64,000 nucleotides of DNA from Neocallimastix sp. 'constans' (GCA_050613775.1 JBODTK010000126.1:124001-188000); one strand, 5' to 3'; positions 13,337 through 32,116 are shown, counted from the first letter of the stretch. The notes: a model not told the origin generated them from the letters alone. Program-made: numbers and translations.

Positions 13337-16300
13337 TTAATAATTACATAATATATATTTCCCTAATAAGTATAGTTTTTTTTTTTTATTTTTCCTTAAA
13401 TATTAATATTGTAAATTTGTAGATATATATATATAAAAAAAAAAAAAAAAAAAAAAAAGCATATCACAAGAATAAATGAATATATATATAATATAAATAA
13501 ATATAAAATTAATAATTAATAATTAATATCTCCTTATATACATATTAATATTATTTTAATCTTTTGATATTTTAAAGTATATTATTAATAACAGTAGTAT
13601 TTATTAGTAGTATTACTATTATTAATATTAGTATTAATATTAGTATTAATATTAGTATTATCTTAATAAAAAATTAAATATTAACAATAAAGGTAATATA
13701 ATACCACTTTTTTATATTTTCTTATTTTTTTTTTCTATATACAAAGCTAAAAAAAAAGTTAAAGAATATATTATAAAATTAAAAATAAGTTAGAAAATTA
13801 GCCAAATAATAGTAATTTAATATATAAAAATTATGATATGATGAAAGAAAATGAAATAATTAATAAGTAGTTTTTTGTAATATTTATATTTATTAATAAT
13901 AATTTCAAAAGTAATAATAAATAAATATTAATATATTTATTTAATAATTTAAAAGGAAATATTTATTTAGTTCATTATCAGAATTAATCATTACTATTTT
14001 TATTTTTTGTTATGATATAATAATACAATTATAATAAATTATTTATAAATAGATTTTTATTAAAAAAAATCATTTATTAATAATTAATAAAATGAAATAT
14101 AATTTAAAATATACCAAATAAATTTTTAACAATTATAACAATTTTACATTTTACTAATATTTTAAAATTAAATTATTAAAAAGAGCTATACAATTAGAAA
14201 TGAAATGTACATAGTTTTAAAACAAAGAAATTTATTATTTATTTGACTTTCCCGTTCTTTAATAGCCTAACCTTTTGATTTATGATATTACACATCAATA
14301 TATATATGAAATTTTAAATTATATCATTATATATATATAATAATACTCATAAATAGATATTAATATATTATTATCTATTGTTAATATCTATTGTTAATAT
14401 GTATCTTTACTATTTACATAAGAACTTTATATACTTATTTAATATTATTTATACATTATTAATTTATACATTTTAAAAATAAGTAAATTTAACAGCATAT
14501 TATAAGTATATTGTATTAGTACTTAAAAAAAAAAATTATTCATAATATATTCAATAATTTAAAAAAAAAAATAAAATAAAAAAAAATAAACTAGTCATTT
14601 ATTTTTTATTAATTAAAAAATTTATTTTTAATTGATTATAGTTAATCGGAGTAATTAAATAATCAAAATTATTTTTTTTTTTTAACTATAATTTGTTTTT
14701 CTCAATCTTTTATATAAATAATATATAATATTCATTTATATATTATATAATGCTATATTATACTATAAGAAAATTTAATAATATTACATATTATTAAATA
14801 ATTTCATATTAAAAAAAGATAAGCATTTTAATTCATTAAAAATACTATATATGTTAATGTTATTGTTAATGCTATATTTAGTTTTCTTTACATTATATTT
14901 TTTGAAAACTTTTAAACTTTTTTCTTTAATGAATTTTTAACTACATTAATAAATAATTATTAAACTATATCAAAATTAAAATACAAAAAATATATATATT
15001 TTCTCCTATCTTATTTTTATATTAATTTATATTTTATATTCCAACTATTTTTTGTTGTTAAATTTACATATAATATATATATATTATCGAAAAGATATTG
15101 AAATTATATAGTTATAAAATAACTGAGATATGAAATATTAAAGATTTTAAAATTATAAATATATAATTAGTATATTTATTAATATATTTAAAATTAGCAC
15201 AACTTTTAAAAAAAAAAAATTTCTATTTTAATAAACATTTGTTTTTTATTGAAACAATTTTAACTATATTATAGCAATTTTTATTAATAATTAAAATACT
15301 TTTTATTAAATTTTATTTAAAAAAAAAAATTTTTTTATTAAATATATGCTTTTATAATTTTAAAAATGATACAATATGATGTATTAAAACTTTAATAAAT
15401 ATTTTAGATTGCATTTCTTGAATTTGTATTAAAATTATATTATTATGAATAGTATCTAATAAGATAAAAAAAAAATGTTCTATGAAAAATATAATATAGA
15501 AAAAAAATTGAATATTTTTTAATAATAAAAATAAAAAAATTAAATATATATTAATTTTTTTATTCAAGTAAGGGAGACATATTATATAAATGTAATAAAT
15601 ATTTCTTTTTTTTTGGAAATATAATTAATTTATCTTACCTATTAAATAATATAAATTAATTATATTGATATAAATTAATTATATTGATTAAAAAGAATAT
15701 TAATTAAAAATAAATTTTAATTATAATTTAATAGTTATCATAATTAATATATTTAATTTAACATGACAAAATTATATAAAATAATTAATAAATAGATAAC
15801 AAACTTTAATTATAATATTTTAAACAATTAAATGTGTACAATTATTGAATTTGATATTACTATTTAATAAAAATGGAAAGCTATTTAAATATAAATTATT
15901 ATATAATATCATCAATCAATAATATGATTATATTATTGTAGTTATTTAAATTATAATAAAATTTTAATTAAATTATAATATAAAAATAATTTTTAATACG
16001 ACTTAATTTTATTAAATATAAAAATGTTTAAAATAAGTAATATAGTATATTAATATTAAATTAAAAAAAAAATAATAAATAAAATAAAATTAAAAAATAA
16101 AAAATAAAAATAAAAAAAAAAAAAAAACAATTTAAAATAATATCCTAAATTATTGATTTTATATTATTTTGTGTTTATGAATTTTTTAATCATATAAAGT
16201 TTTTATAAAATGTTGATTAAAAATCAATAATCTAGAATTTTATATATTATAAAAGCAATCATATATTAATTTATTTTTAATTTTTTAAATAAAAAAAAAT

Positions 16301-17228
16301 TATATACTATAAAAATATAAGATTAACCTAATTTTCTTTTATTATTTCTTCTCTTTGACATCTTTACATCCTTTTTTTTAAAAGAAAAAAAAACGTTCTT
16401 ATTTAAAAATTTGTTATAGCATTAAAATTCTATCCTTTTTACATTTATTGTTTTAATTTTTTCCCTAATTTACATAATTAAAATTTTAATAGACAAATTT
16501 TTAATAACAAAATTCAAATAATAATAAAAAAATTAATTTTTATTATAAAATCTAATTAAAATTTTATATTATATCTGTTAAATATTAATATTATATTATT
16601 ATAGTATATCAAAATGTAAATACATATCTAATTAAGCAATATTAATTTAATAATTAATATAATATTTTTTAGTAATAATGAAATATAAAAAGAAAAAAGA
16701 AAACAAAGTCAAAAAAAAAATATAAAAAAAAAGTAAATATTAGTAAAATCAATAAATTAAATATTATGTTGATAATTACTTAAATTTTTATTAAATTATT
16801 AATTATTTTTTAAATGAAAGTTTTAATTGAACATAAATTATTGTTTTTTTTTTTTTTTTTTTTTTATTGTTTTTTTGTTTTTTGTTTTTTGTTTTTTTTT
16901 AAAAGTATATATAATATAATATATTATATTATAAAATAAATATAGTAGTTATCTTTAATTAATCAAATAATAATTATTTTATTAAAATATTACCCATCGA
17001 TTAAAAAGATTTAAAAGAATGGCTTATAAAGTTAAATAAATATGTAAAAATACCATCATGATTCTAATTTTAATTAATTAAAGCATAAATAAAAAAAATA
17101 AAATAAATAAAATTAATTATAATCAAATGAATATAAAAAAAATTACAAAAATTTATTTAGTATAAAAAAAATATTATTAATTTTATACGAAAAAAACTTC
17201 TTTTTTTCATTTATAAAATAATAAAGAA

Positions 17229-17276
<48 letters not shown>

Positions 17277-17932
17277 TAAATAAAAAAACAATATATTTAT
17301 TAATATAAGTATTACAAATAGTAATAATAATATTAAAAACAACAATGATAAAATAAATTAATTATATAATAAATATAATTAATTTATTGATTATCCTTCT
17401 CTATATCAAAATAATTAATTCTAAAAATTTTAAAAATTCTTATTTTTTTTTTAAAAAAAAAAATGAAATGAAATGAAATTAAAAGGAATAAGAAATTACA
17501 GATGAATTACTCTATAGAAATATTGATCTTTATTTAAAATTACAATTGAAGTATTATTTTAATATATTAATAGTACATTTTAATATAATCTTATGCTGCA
17601 TTAATAAAAATAAAATAAAATTAATATTCCTTTTGTTTAACATTATATAAATATCGTTTTTTTTAAAAAAAAAAAAAATAATAATAATAATGCTATATTT
17701 AGAGTATTATTAATTAAATTAATTAATGACAACTTTAAAAAAAAAAAAAAAGGTATAATATTTTAATGATATTATTTCTTACTAACAAATAACTAATATA
17801 TATTTTTAATAATAAACATTTTAAATATTAAAATAATTAAAATAATTAAAGCTTCACTGTTCAAAAAAAAAATGTAATTAAAATATTTTTTTTAGAATTT
17901 ACTCTAAAATAATACTATACTAAAAAGAAAAA

Positions 17933-17965
<33 letters not shown>

Positions 17966-18446
17966 AAATATAATAAATATATATATAGTTATCCCGAAAA
18001 TCTATTCATTTAATTTTAAATGCAATACATAAATGCATATATATTCTTAAAAATGTAAAATACTACTGAATTAGTCATATAATTTTATTTTTGAAATGAT
18101 TATTTAAATAAATCATTTTAATTATTAATTATTATTATAATATATTAATATTTATAATTATTAAATCATTATATAAATTATAACCCTAATAATCATAATA
18201 AATATTTTTCCATATTTTTATTACATAGTACACTTTATAATTAATATTACTATATATCATTAAATATTTTAATTAAATTATATATAAATTATTATTAATA
18301 CTGATGATAAATACAATTCACATTGATTATTATCTTTTTTAACATAGTGCCAATTATGTTTACATTAATTTAAAAAATAAAATGCATCATGAGTATTTTC
18401 TTATTTTTAATTTAAACAATAAGTTATAAAAATAATTTAATTATAA

Positions 18447-18477
<31 letters not shown>

Positions 18478-20141
18478 TACTAAATATATAAATATATTGA
18501 TATAATGATTTTCTTAGGTTTTATTTATATTTAAATACAATTATTTTATAGTATTATTTTTTAATAATTAAAATTATTCATATTTAACAATTCATAAATA
18601 AATAATATATATATATTTTTACCATCAAAATTAAATGTTCTAGATTTCTTAAAAATTGTAATCATTTTTGAATTTAAAACTATTTTACTGATAGATCGTA
18701 TAACTTTTGTTTACTATGTAAATATGAATAATTGAAATGTAACAGAATTTATAAAATAGTAATAACGAAAAAAAGAAAAAAAAATAAATAAATACTATGA
18801 ATATTTAAATATATATACAATAATAAAATATCAAAAGTAAAAATAATAAATAAATAAATTTAAAAAAAAAAATAATAATAATAATAATTAATAAATTTAA
18901 ATAATAATATTATTAATATAATATATTTAATTATTAATGTTCTATTAATTTATAATATTTTGTATTTTTTTTATTATTATTATTAATTATAAACAATAAA
19001 AAAAAAAACATAGTATTATTATGATTACTAATATTTAATGATATACATTCTATTATCATAAAATAAATTTAATAAATCATGAGATATAATTAAACTATTC
19101 TTTGATTTAAATTGTTTATTTTTTTTTATGATATTATTATTCTTCTAATAATAAAACAATGGTATATCACAATTCATTCTAAAAAAAAAAGTCATATAAA
19201 TATTCATAATTAAAAGTATCTTATGATATATATATTGATATTGATATTTATGCATTAATTATCATTTATCATATATCATAAACAGTATATTTAAAATTTA
19301 AAATAAATATTTTTTTTTAATAAAAATCTATTTATAAATAATTTATTATAATTATATTATTATATCATAATAAAAAATAAAAATAGTAATGATTAATTCT
19401 GATAATGAACTTAATAAATATTTCCTTTTTAAATTATTAAATAAATATATTAATATTTATTTATTATTACTTTTGAAATTATTCATCAATTATTATTTTT
19501 ATTATTATTATACTACTTGATATGTATTTATATTTTCATAAAAAAAATGAAAATAAAAAAAAATGATTATCTTCTTAATTATTAAGTAATAAAATAATGA
19601 GTTCAGTGTTAATTTTATTTCAGAGTATTCATAAAAATAATAATAATAATATATATATATAAATTTAAATATTTGAATTATTTTTTTCTTCCTTATAATA
19701 TTATTATGCGTACTAAAATTTATAAAACTGAACTAATTTTATGAATACTATGAAATAAAATTAAGTATATTTGAGTTATTAAGAAAGAAATAACATTTGT
19801 ATTTTATTTTCTCTAATTTTATAATTAATAACGTTCAGAATTTAAAAAAAAAAAAAAATGATATATCAATTTCTAATATAATCAAAAAAAAATTTATTTT
19901 ATAGTTAAATTTTTAATTATTAAATATATTTTATTGTTGAATAAAAAACTATAATTTTATGAAATATTTAAAAAATATATAAATATAAATTATATAAATT
20001 ATACTAATATAGAAAAAAAAAATTTTTTTAAATTTTAAATAATTATATAAAATATAATTATTTATATAAAATAGTAAATTTTATTTAGCAATAATAATAA
20101 TAAATTAATTGAAATATTGTTTTTACAATTTTTTTTATTCA

Positions 20142-20179
<38 letters not shown>

Positions 20180-22443
20180 AAAAAAATTCACACCTTAAAT
20201 TATTATTATTACTAAGTAGGTGTTAAAACTAATTAAATAAATAAAAATTTATAATGTTTAACAAATTTTTTTAAAAAAAAAAAAAAAAAAAAGTTATAAA
20301 CCAATTTAAAATATTATTAAAAATAATTTTTATTATTAATATATTATTTTAAAAACTAAAGAGGTCAATGTATTGATATATATCGTTAAAATTTATATTA
20401 ATAAGTTATTATAAACTAATTAAAATATAATAACTAATTTTTATTATTAATCTATTATTTTAATAACTTAAGATGTCAATTTATTTTTTATTAATGTATT
20501 AATATATATCACTAACATTTATATTTATTATATTTTAATTTGTTTATAATAATTTGTATAAATAATAATAAAATAATAAATAATATAAATATAATTATAA
20601 ATAATTATAAATAATTATAAATAATAGTAATTATAAATATAATAAATATAAATAATAAAAATATATACAAGTAATAATAATAAATATAAATAATATTAAA
20701 TATTTAAAGTGTATCCCATGTAAATGAGAAAGAAAATATTATTTAAAATTATTCCTTTTGTCAATTTTTTTATATCAGTTGTCTACTTATCGATATTGTG
20801 TTTTAAACTTTTAAGGAAAAAAAATGAAAATGTATTCCTTTATAAAATATATTATATATATATATATATTAATTCATCTACAGGTTAATAAAATTATAAA
20901 ATATTATTATATAAAAAGAAAATTAAAAAATTAGATATTCAAAAATTCAAAATAACTAAATAATATTTATTTTCATCCTATTTTACCTAACATAAATAAA
21001 AATATCAAAAAAAAAATATTAAATGTAACAATACTAATATTTTTGTAATCCTTTAATTTTTTTAAATAACAATAAAGAATTATATTAATGTATTCAAATA
21101 CAAAATATATATTAATTTCAAAAGAATATTATAATTTATAATGAGCATTATTTCGTTTATTAATAAATATTATAAACTTAAAATGAATAATTAATAAAAT
21201 AATTAAAATATTTTTTTTAACTTACATTTTTATTAATATATATAATATTTATTCATAATATATCTATAGCCATCAGTTATATATTATTAGCCAAATTAAA
21301 TAATAATTAATTATAAAAATTTATTATAAAATAAATCATAAAATAATAGTTCATAATGACTAAAAATAAAAATTTTATTGTTTTTAATTAGTTATAAAAA
21401 AAATAAATAAAATAAAATATATATATATATATTGCTTAATTAATTAATTATGACTCCTTATATTAAAATTTTTTTTTACTTATAAAAGTGATTAATTATC
21501 CCTTTTTTAAAAAAATAAATAAATAAATATTATTTATAATATATTATAAATACTATTATTAACTTATTTATATAAACAATTTGTTGTTTATAATAAAAAT
21601 AATAATTAACTTATGAGTAATAAAATTTTTTTTATCCTAATTTGAAAAAAATAATTCTTCCTTTTTTTTTTGTACTTCAATTTATAACTTATTTTTCATT
21701 TCTAATAATTATCTTATTTTATTTTTCTTCCTTTTTTTTTTAAAAAAAAAATTAAATCAATACATATATTTTTTCATATTTTCATTCTTTATGCCGTTCA
21801 GAAAAAAAAAACAATAAAATAACAAATTTGCCAATTTTATTAATTATATATAATCTCATTAATAAAAAACATAATTTAATAAAAAAAATTAAAAAATAAA
21901 AAATAAAAAATAAAAGATTTGAAAAAAATAAAAAAAAAAAAAAAAAAAAAAATTATATTGCCGTCAATATTAATACAATGTATTTATTAAATGTCATTAA
22001 ATATATATAAATAAAAATTTTTATATTTGTACTATTTTTTTTTAATTATGAAATTTTAGCAGTAATACCTAATAATATAGAAATATAGTAATATCCATAT
22101 AGAAAGAATGACGTAATTAAATAAAATAATCAAATACGATTAACTTAACCCTTTGATATTTTAATAAATTTAAATTAATAGTTTAATATACATTAAACTT
22201 TGACTATCAACTTAATTTACTATACTAATAAAAAAGAAAATTCTCACTTTATGTTCTTTAATAATACTAATTAAAGCAGAATATAGAAAAAAAAAAAAAA
22301 AAGGAAAAAGGAAAAAGGAAAAGAAAAAAGAAAAAGAAAAAAAGAAAAAAATTAAAAGCATGAATAAATGAAAAAAGCAATAAATAATAAATATAAATTA
22401 ATTATCCTTAATAATCTTATTAAATATAATCTTAAGTAAAAAA

Positions 22444-22496
<53 letters not shown>

Positions 22497-22960
22497 CGTC
22501 ATTTTCATCATAAGAAAATGAAAGAAAACCAAGAATGTTGGATATTTAAAATTTTTAAAGCGCAAATTATTTTCAGAAATATAATAAAAAAAAATTATAG
22601 TTATATGTGATATCTTTAAAATTTATTAATCGTAATAAAAAATAAAAAATGAAATGATATCATATTGTATTTGTTAATAAAAAAAAATTTTATCCATTTA
22701 GTTGTATCAATTATATAAAAAAAATCATTATATTAAAAAATATCAATAGTAAAAAAAAGTAGTATATTTCTTTTTAATAAACATTATTTTTTTTTATTGT
22801 TAATACCACTATTATAATTAAAAAATATGATATTTTTATCATCTATCTTTATATCTTTATTAATACTTTAATGATAACTCATTTTTAATAATTTTTAATA
22901 ATAATATTACTATTAAAAAAAAAAATAAATATATAAAAATTTGTAATTTGTAATAATTTT

Positions 22961-24114
22961 TATTACTATATGAAAAATATAAAAAATAAGCTTTAAATGT
23001 ATTGAAACATATTGTAATATAATTTATATTCAAGCCACATTACATAAAAGAATTTAATTTAAAATAAATTTATGTTAACACTCCATTATAAAATATATTA
23101 ATAAAATTGATATAATTATAAACATAAATTCCTAATTCTTAACAGATTAAGAGGCTCTTCTGACTCTTAAAATGATAATTAGCAAAATAATCATTTACCG
23201 GTCACAGTATTATGTCAAGGAAAAATAAATTGAAATTTTAAATAATGCTAAAAGTTAACACACTATGTCAATTAAAGGAAGACTAATAAATCTGATCGAT
23301 CATTTGAAATGATCAAGATGGAAAAATAAAAAAAAAAACACATAAAAGTATGAAATACTTGAGAGAATGGAATTATCTCAAGTAAAATAAAAAAACTCCA
23401 AAAAATATAAAAGTATTAATTAAATAAAAAAAAAAAAAAAAAGAAAAAAAAAAATTAAGCATATACTAAAACACATGACTATGATCTATCAAGAACACCG
23501 GCATATAATTAGCAATTTATTTTAATAGTTATCATTAAAACTACTTAATGAAAATATATAAAAGTTATTACTAATCTTCAAAATGGATTAAAATTGAAAG
23601 TGATGTAAAACCCAAATATATAAGAGATATTAACACAAATTGAGATGGTATAATGTCATCCTTCAAAAAAAAAAGATTTCCATTATATATTAAAAGATAT
23701 ATCTTAGATACATTCAATATTAATGGTATAATAATATTAAATATGTAATTTTTAGAGGGAAACTAAAGAATTATTAGAATGAAAAATTAAAAGTTTATTT
23801 ATAATAAAATAACTAATAGTTTAATAATATCAAGTTATCATTATAAAGTAGAACAATTTCAAATATGCATATTCACCAGTAAACCAATTTATTTATTATG
23901 GAATAACCAGGTTTAAAGGGGAATGTTAGAATATGTGATATATATGAAAAATAAGCTTCAAATGTATTGAAACATAATATAATATAATTTTTTAATTAAT
24001 AAGCCACAATATATTAATATAAAAAAATTTAATTTAGTATAATTAAGATGATTGTAACTTTTTATCATAAAATGTATTAATAAAGATAAAATAATTATAA
24101 ACTGATCTTCAACA
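22961..24114 (+). mobile_element. Older, diverged non-autonomous LTR element (TRIM-like)
   Basis: Diverged direct repeats at about 22961-23144 (ending ttcttaaca) and 23924-24114 (tgttaga...caaca). The PPT ggtttaaaggggaa precedes the 3' LTR. The sequence gattaagaggctcttctgactctt after the 5' LTR is homologous to the neighbouring element. The start coordinate is approximate. Confidence 0.75.
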
Positions 24115-24324
24115 TTTATAATTTTTATTATTTATTTTATTTTATATTATTATATATTATATTATTTATTATTATTATTTTTTACTATTATTCTTTATTT
24201 TTCTTTTTCTTTTGTTATTTTAATTACTTTTACAATTATTATTTATTTTAATAAATAATCTTTATTTAATATTATTATTCCTTCTTATTTACTATCGTTT
24301 TTGTTCAATAATACTATTGTAACA

Positions 24325-25801
<1,477 letters not shown>

Positions 25802-26721
25802 ATTATTATTGATAAAGAATTTTTATAATTTAATAATTTTATAATTTAAAATTAATAGAATATACACGTGATCAAACAAATAATGTGATATTCTTTACGT
25901 TGTAGCTGGTTTAATAAGTGTATTTGAGTTATTAATAATTTTTATTAATATTTATTTTATAATTACAATATTATTTCTACTAAAGAAAAACAAAAACAAG
26001 AATAAGAATTAATATTAATTATACTGTAAGTTATTAATAATATATAATTATTATAATTAAATATATATATATATATAAATATAATATATATATATATAAT
26101 ATTTTAATATGAATAATATATAATTAATATAAACTATTATATTAATTATATATACTTTAATAATTATAAACTTTAATAATTTAAAATAAGAAGTATAATT
26201 TAATATTTAAGAAATATATATAAGGAATATAAATAATATATACAAAATATAAATAATACAAAATATAAATAATAATATAAAATATATAATAATATAAATT
26301 ATTATAAATAATAAGATATAAATTTAATATCTGAATATACAAATATTCAAATATACAAATATGTTGCTACACATATTTGTTTTATATCACAAAATATAAA
26401 TTTTACATTTATACTTATTATTTGAAATGGTCTCTTTTTTTGTAAAAGACGGAAAATATTGTAATAAAAATGTGTTTTTAATAACATATATTAACAGTGG
26501 TTAATATATGAAAACTTATAAATTATAAAGTGTTTAAATACAAAAATATAAGATAAATTAATTGTGTAAAAATTTATTTTATATTTACTTTCTATATTAA
26601 TTATTTATTGTAGTAATTAATTTTAATATAAGTTGTAAAATAGTTCTTTCTTAAAAGTTAGAATTTAACTACAACTTTAGAATAACATTATAATATTAAT
26701 TAATATATTATACTGTTATCA

Positions 26722-27098
<377 letters not shown>

Positions 27099-27465
27099 AT
27101 AATCTGATAATTTTAACTTATTGAAAAGTTAAAAATCAACTGGTATAACTTGTAAATGAATAAATTACATCTTTTATGTATAATTCATAATTTTACCATG
27201 TGTATCATTACAAAGGCTTATATTACAATAATTCTAACCTTTACATTTATTTATTAATTAATCATTATTGTTAAAATTTAATTTATTAATAAATGAAAAA
27301 TAACGAAAAACAAACACTCTAACGTACAAAACTCAACTAAACAATTGGGTTTATGAAATAATATTTTATTATTAAATATTAAAATAACATATCTACATTA
27401 AACAATATAAACAATTTTATATAATAAATTTTTTATAAAAAAACTTAAAAATCAAAATTTAGAAA

Positions 27466-27496
<31 letters not shown>

Positions 27497-28606
27497 GGTT
27501 TATGTAAAAATAAAATATTAATAATTACTAAATAAATGCATTTTACATTGATATTTGTACTACAATGTTTATTATCAATAATATTATTTAAAATGAATGA
27601 TATATCATTTATATTTCTTAAAAAAACAATATAAAAAAGTATTTACTGATCTAATCTACAAATTTAATTAGTTAATAAATATTTTACTATAAAAATAACT
27701 TTAAAAAATAATTAATAAATATTTTATAAATATTTTCATTCTTTAAACATAGTAATTTGAAGAATATACGCATATAAAACATAAGTTTTTTTTTTTTTTT
27801 TTATATTAAATACATTATTAAAAGCTGATACAAATAAATATAAATATATATTCTCTATAAAGCAATATACTCAAGCACAGAGCAACAAAGTTATGCGTAG
27901 GACTTACGTCAGCAAAAAAGTGTTGTGGACGTAAGTATAGATATGAACATGAATGAGATATACATCGTAAATAGACATTCATACTCGTATTATTTGTTTG
28001 TTTCATTTTTAACATGTTTCTAATATAAAAAACATATATTGCATATATTTTACATAAATATATATCATTCAAAATGCTATGTTGAATAATATATCAAACA
28101 CATATTATAATGTGTTATATAAGAAAAGTTTAAATTAAAACTAAAAAAAAAAAAAATAATAATAAACATTTCTTTTTAAACAATCATCATTATTTTCTTT
28201 TTATATAAAATAATTATTATTTTAATAAAAAATATGTATATAACTAAAATTTTGAAGTTTCATCTATCATTTAAAAATATTTTAAAAAAACAAAATATAG
28301 AATTAATTATATTACTTCTTAAATAAAAAAAAAATAACTTTTTATAATTAAATTTCTTTTTTCTTTTTTTTTTTAAAAAAAAAAATATAAAATAATAAAT
28401 AAAAAATATGAAAAGAGCCGTTTAAAAAAAAAAAGTAATAAAAAAAAACTTTTGTTGAAATGTTTATTGTATAATTTTTTTTTTGTATCATAGTAATTTT
28501 TATGTTCAATATATATATTTACAATTTATTTATTTATTTATTTATTTTCTTTTTTTTTTTAAAAAAAAAATAGTTATATACATATATACATATATTCTTT
28601 TCCAGG

Positions 28607-28662
<56 letters not shown>

Positions 28663-29324
28663 TCCACATCTAATATACTATTATCAAACTTAAAAAAAGT
28701 TATAAAAAAAAAAACTTTTTTTATATAACTTTCATTAACAAATATTAATTATAAAATTAAGCTTAAAGATAAACAGACCGTCCCTATCATACTAAGGTGT
28801 TCAAAAATTTTAAAGGCAATACATCTCTTTTAATTAAATGTTTTTACTATGCCAGTTTGACATCATTCCTCTAAAAAAAACTTTGAAAAAGTTGACTTCT
28901 TTTGATCTTTTTTTTTTTTTTTTTTTGATGATATATCTTTATATACTTCATTAAGAAAAATGTTTCATTACTATATGTCCACCTTCCTATTCATTAATTA
29001 CAAATACAGAATTTTATTTTATGAAGGTGAAAAAGTAAAATAGATATTTTATCCAATTTTCAATAGGCAATGAAACTTTTATTATGAAAGTTTGAACAGT
29101 GGAGTAATCTACAATTGATTTTAAAATATAAATATATATTAAAATATAATTTTTATAAAACAATTTTAAATTGGGTTAGAATTATAATCTAACCTTTTCT
29201 ATTTTAATAGGTAGATAAGTTTAATTTATGATATGATATAATAATAATTTTGTGTCATAATATTTTCGATATAATATGAAAATTCCATATATTTTAATAT
29301 AAAATTTTCCTTGTAAATAAATAA

Positions 29325-29423
<99 letters not shown>

Positions 29424-29990
29424 ATATCATAACAAAATAGAAAATCCGATCTTCCATATTTATATAATTAGTTTTCATATATATTTTTTGTGATGTTGAA
29501 ATACTGATATATTAAAAATTTTAATTTTTTTTTTTTTTGACAAACAGATGTATTGAATAAAATTCATTTTAAATAAATACTCGATAAAACATAAATATAT
29601 GTATATATTTTAATTATAAGGATTTTATTAAATGCTATTTATTGATGAAAAATTAATTTTATAAATTTACATATATATTTATTTTTTGTTAAATTATAAG
29701 TATTCTTTTATATTTATAAAAAAAAAATAATTATTTATTGAATTCTATTATCATAACTTTAATTACTCTATTTTGGAAAACATTATTTTATTTTAATTTA
29801 TGAATAAATAAGAAGAACCAAAACCAAAACCCCCAAAAAATACAATATTTGCTTATTTATTTGTTTATTTTCCTTTCTTTTTTTTTTTTTTCTTTCTTTC
29901 TTTATTTTTTTTTTTTTTTTTTTTAATTTTTTAATTTTTTTTTTTTTTTTTTTTTTTTTAGATTTTAAAATAAATTTTAAATTATTGACA

Positions 29991-30784
29991 ATGATACTAT
30001 CAACTCCCCCATATTCTTCAACAAGTAATCAAAATGATATTAATTCAATTAATATTAAATTAAATACATCTAATTTACCTCAAACATCTTTGAAAAGAAA
30101 AGATACATTTCAAATTAAACAAAAGCTTACTGAAGCATTAGGTCCAAAAAATAATGAATATTGGAAATGTTTAAAAAATTATTTAACTGGAAAACTATCA
30201 AAAAATGAATTTGATAAATCAATAAAAAGTTTAATAGGAGATCAACGTAATTATCTAATAATGCAGTATTTTATTTATTATTATCAATTTTGTATATATA
30301 TATATATATATTTTTAACTTTTTTTTTTTTTTTTTTTTTTTTTTTGTTGTACCATTTATTATTTTATTATTTTATTTTATCTATTAATATTATAAAAATC
30401 GTGTATAATCTTTCATTAAATCAAATTTTATTTTTACTTTAATTGGAAATTTTCAACAATAATTAAAAAGTTTCTCTTCATAATTCATTAGTATATTCAA
30501 TTATATATAATTCACAAAAGAATATTTTACCCCGCGAGGGAGGTTCATATCTTTTATCACCAGCAAATTCAGATGAAAAAGATAGAAATTCACTTAAGAG
30601 AAAGAATAAAATAAAGAAATTAAATTCTATGAATAAACGTCAAAAAATAAAGGAAGACTTTTTGTCATTAGAAAGAATAGATAGAGATAAAATAAGAGGA
30701 TTGGTTAAGGTATAATTTAAATGATATTTTTTTTTTATTATGATTTATTGATTATTTCAAATTTATAAAATATATTTATTATTA

Positions 30785-30823
<39 letters not shown>

Positions 30824-31342
30824 GAAATTTGATTTTAAAATTTTGTAATAATTTTTATATTTATATATATATTTTTAAAATTTAAATAATTTTATTATTA
30901 TTATTTTAAAAATAAAATAATAAATATGAAATTTCAAATTAAAATGACATGTTTTAATAAATTTCATTTATAATTAATTCTGTAGAAATATCCAGAACCA
31001 AAAGTTAAAATGCCATCATTTTCTTCACATTTTTTGGAAACCAAACCTTCAAAAAGTATATATATATATATATATATTAGATATATATTAGAATATTTTA
31101 ATAATATTGCTTTTCGAGTAAGAATAAAAAATATTAATATATAAAATATGTTTTTTTTTTTTTTTTTTTATTTAAAAAGAAATACCACCTTCATTTAAAG
31201 ATATTCAAGATATTCCAGGAAGGAATGATACATTACTTAAAGAAAGAATAGAATTTATTGCTTCTTTAGAGGGAATAAATGATATAACAGATGAAGCCCT
31301 TGTATTAATGAATTATGCATTGAGAGTAATAATAATAATAAT

Positions 31343-31373
<31 letters not shown>

Positions 31374-32081
31374 TTTTTTTTTTTTTTAATTTTATTATTT
31401 TATAGTAATATTAATATATTTAAAAAATAACAAGAACATATTAATTTAATCATATCATTTTCAAAAAATTAATATTAATTTGTTAAATAATATTAAAAAA
31501 TATTATTAATACATCAATCGTTATTATTATTATTTTTTTTTAAATATATATATAAATATATTATTTTATATATTTATATATTTATATATTCTCTATTCTC
31601 TATTCTTTATTCTGTATTTTTAATTTTTATATGTTATTTTTTATTATTTTAAATTTTATATTATATATATTATATATATTATATATATTATATATATATA
31701 TATATATTTATTTTATTTTATTTTATTTTATTTTTTAAAGAGTAAATTAAAGGAAATTATAGAAAATTGTTTAAGTAAAAGAATGAAGCTTGAAAATACG
31801 TTAGAAACTCCAACAACACCTATTATACCATATAGGCAAAGACCTACTTATGAATCAGATAATCAAATAAATCAACAACCATTACCACAAATCATCGTTA
31901 CAGATACAACTAATATTGATATAAATTCAAGTATGGTTTATATTATTAATAAATAGATAATTATAGATTCATATGATTAATAATGATATTTAACAATTTT
32001 ATGTTGTCATATATAATAATTTATTAATTTTAATTGTATAATATAATAATTTTTTTTATTGAATTTTATTATTATTTATAT

Positions 32082-32116
<35 letters not shown>

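Noticed and set aside
28770..29480. Possible spliced minus-strand gene divergent from the Ada1-like gene
   Set aside because: Some splice-like signals exist, but trial frames hit stops quickly and give no recognisable protein; the listed ORF is mostly (TTTA)n.
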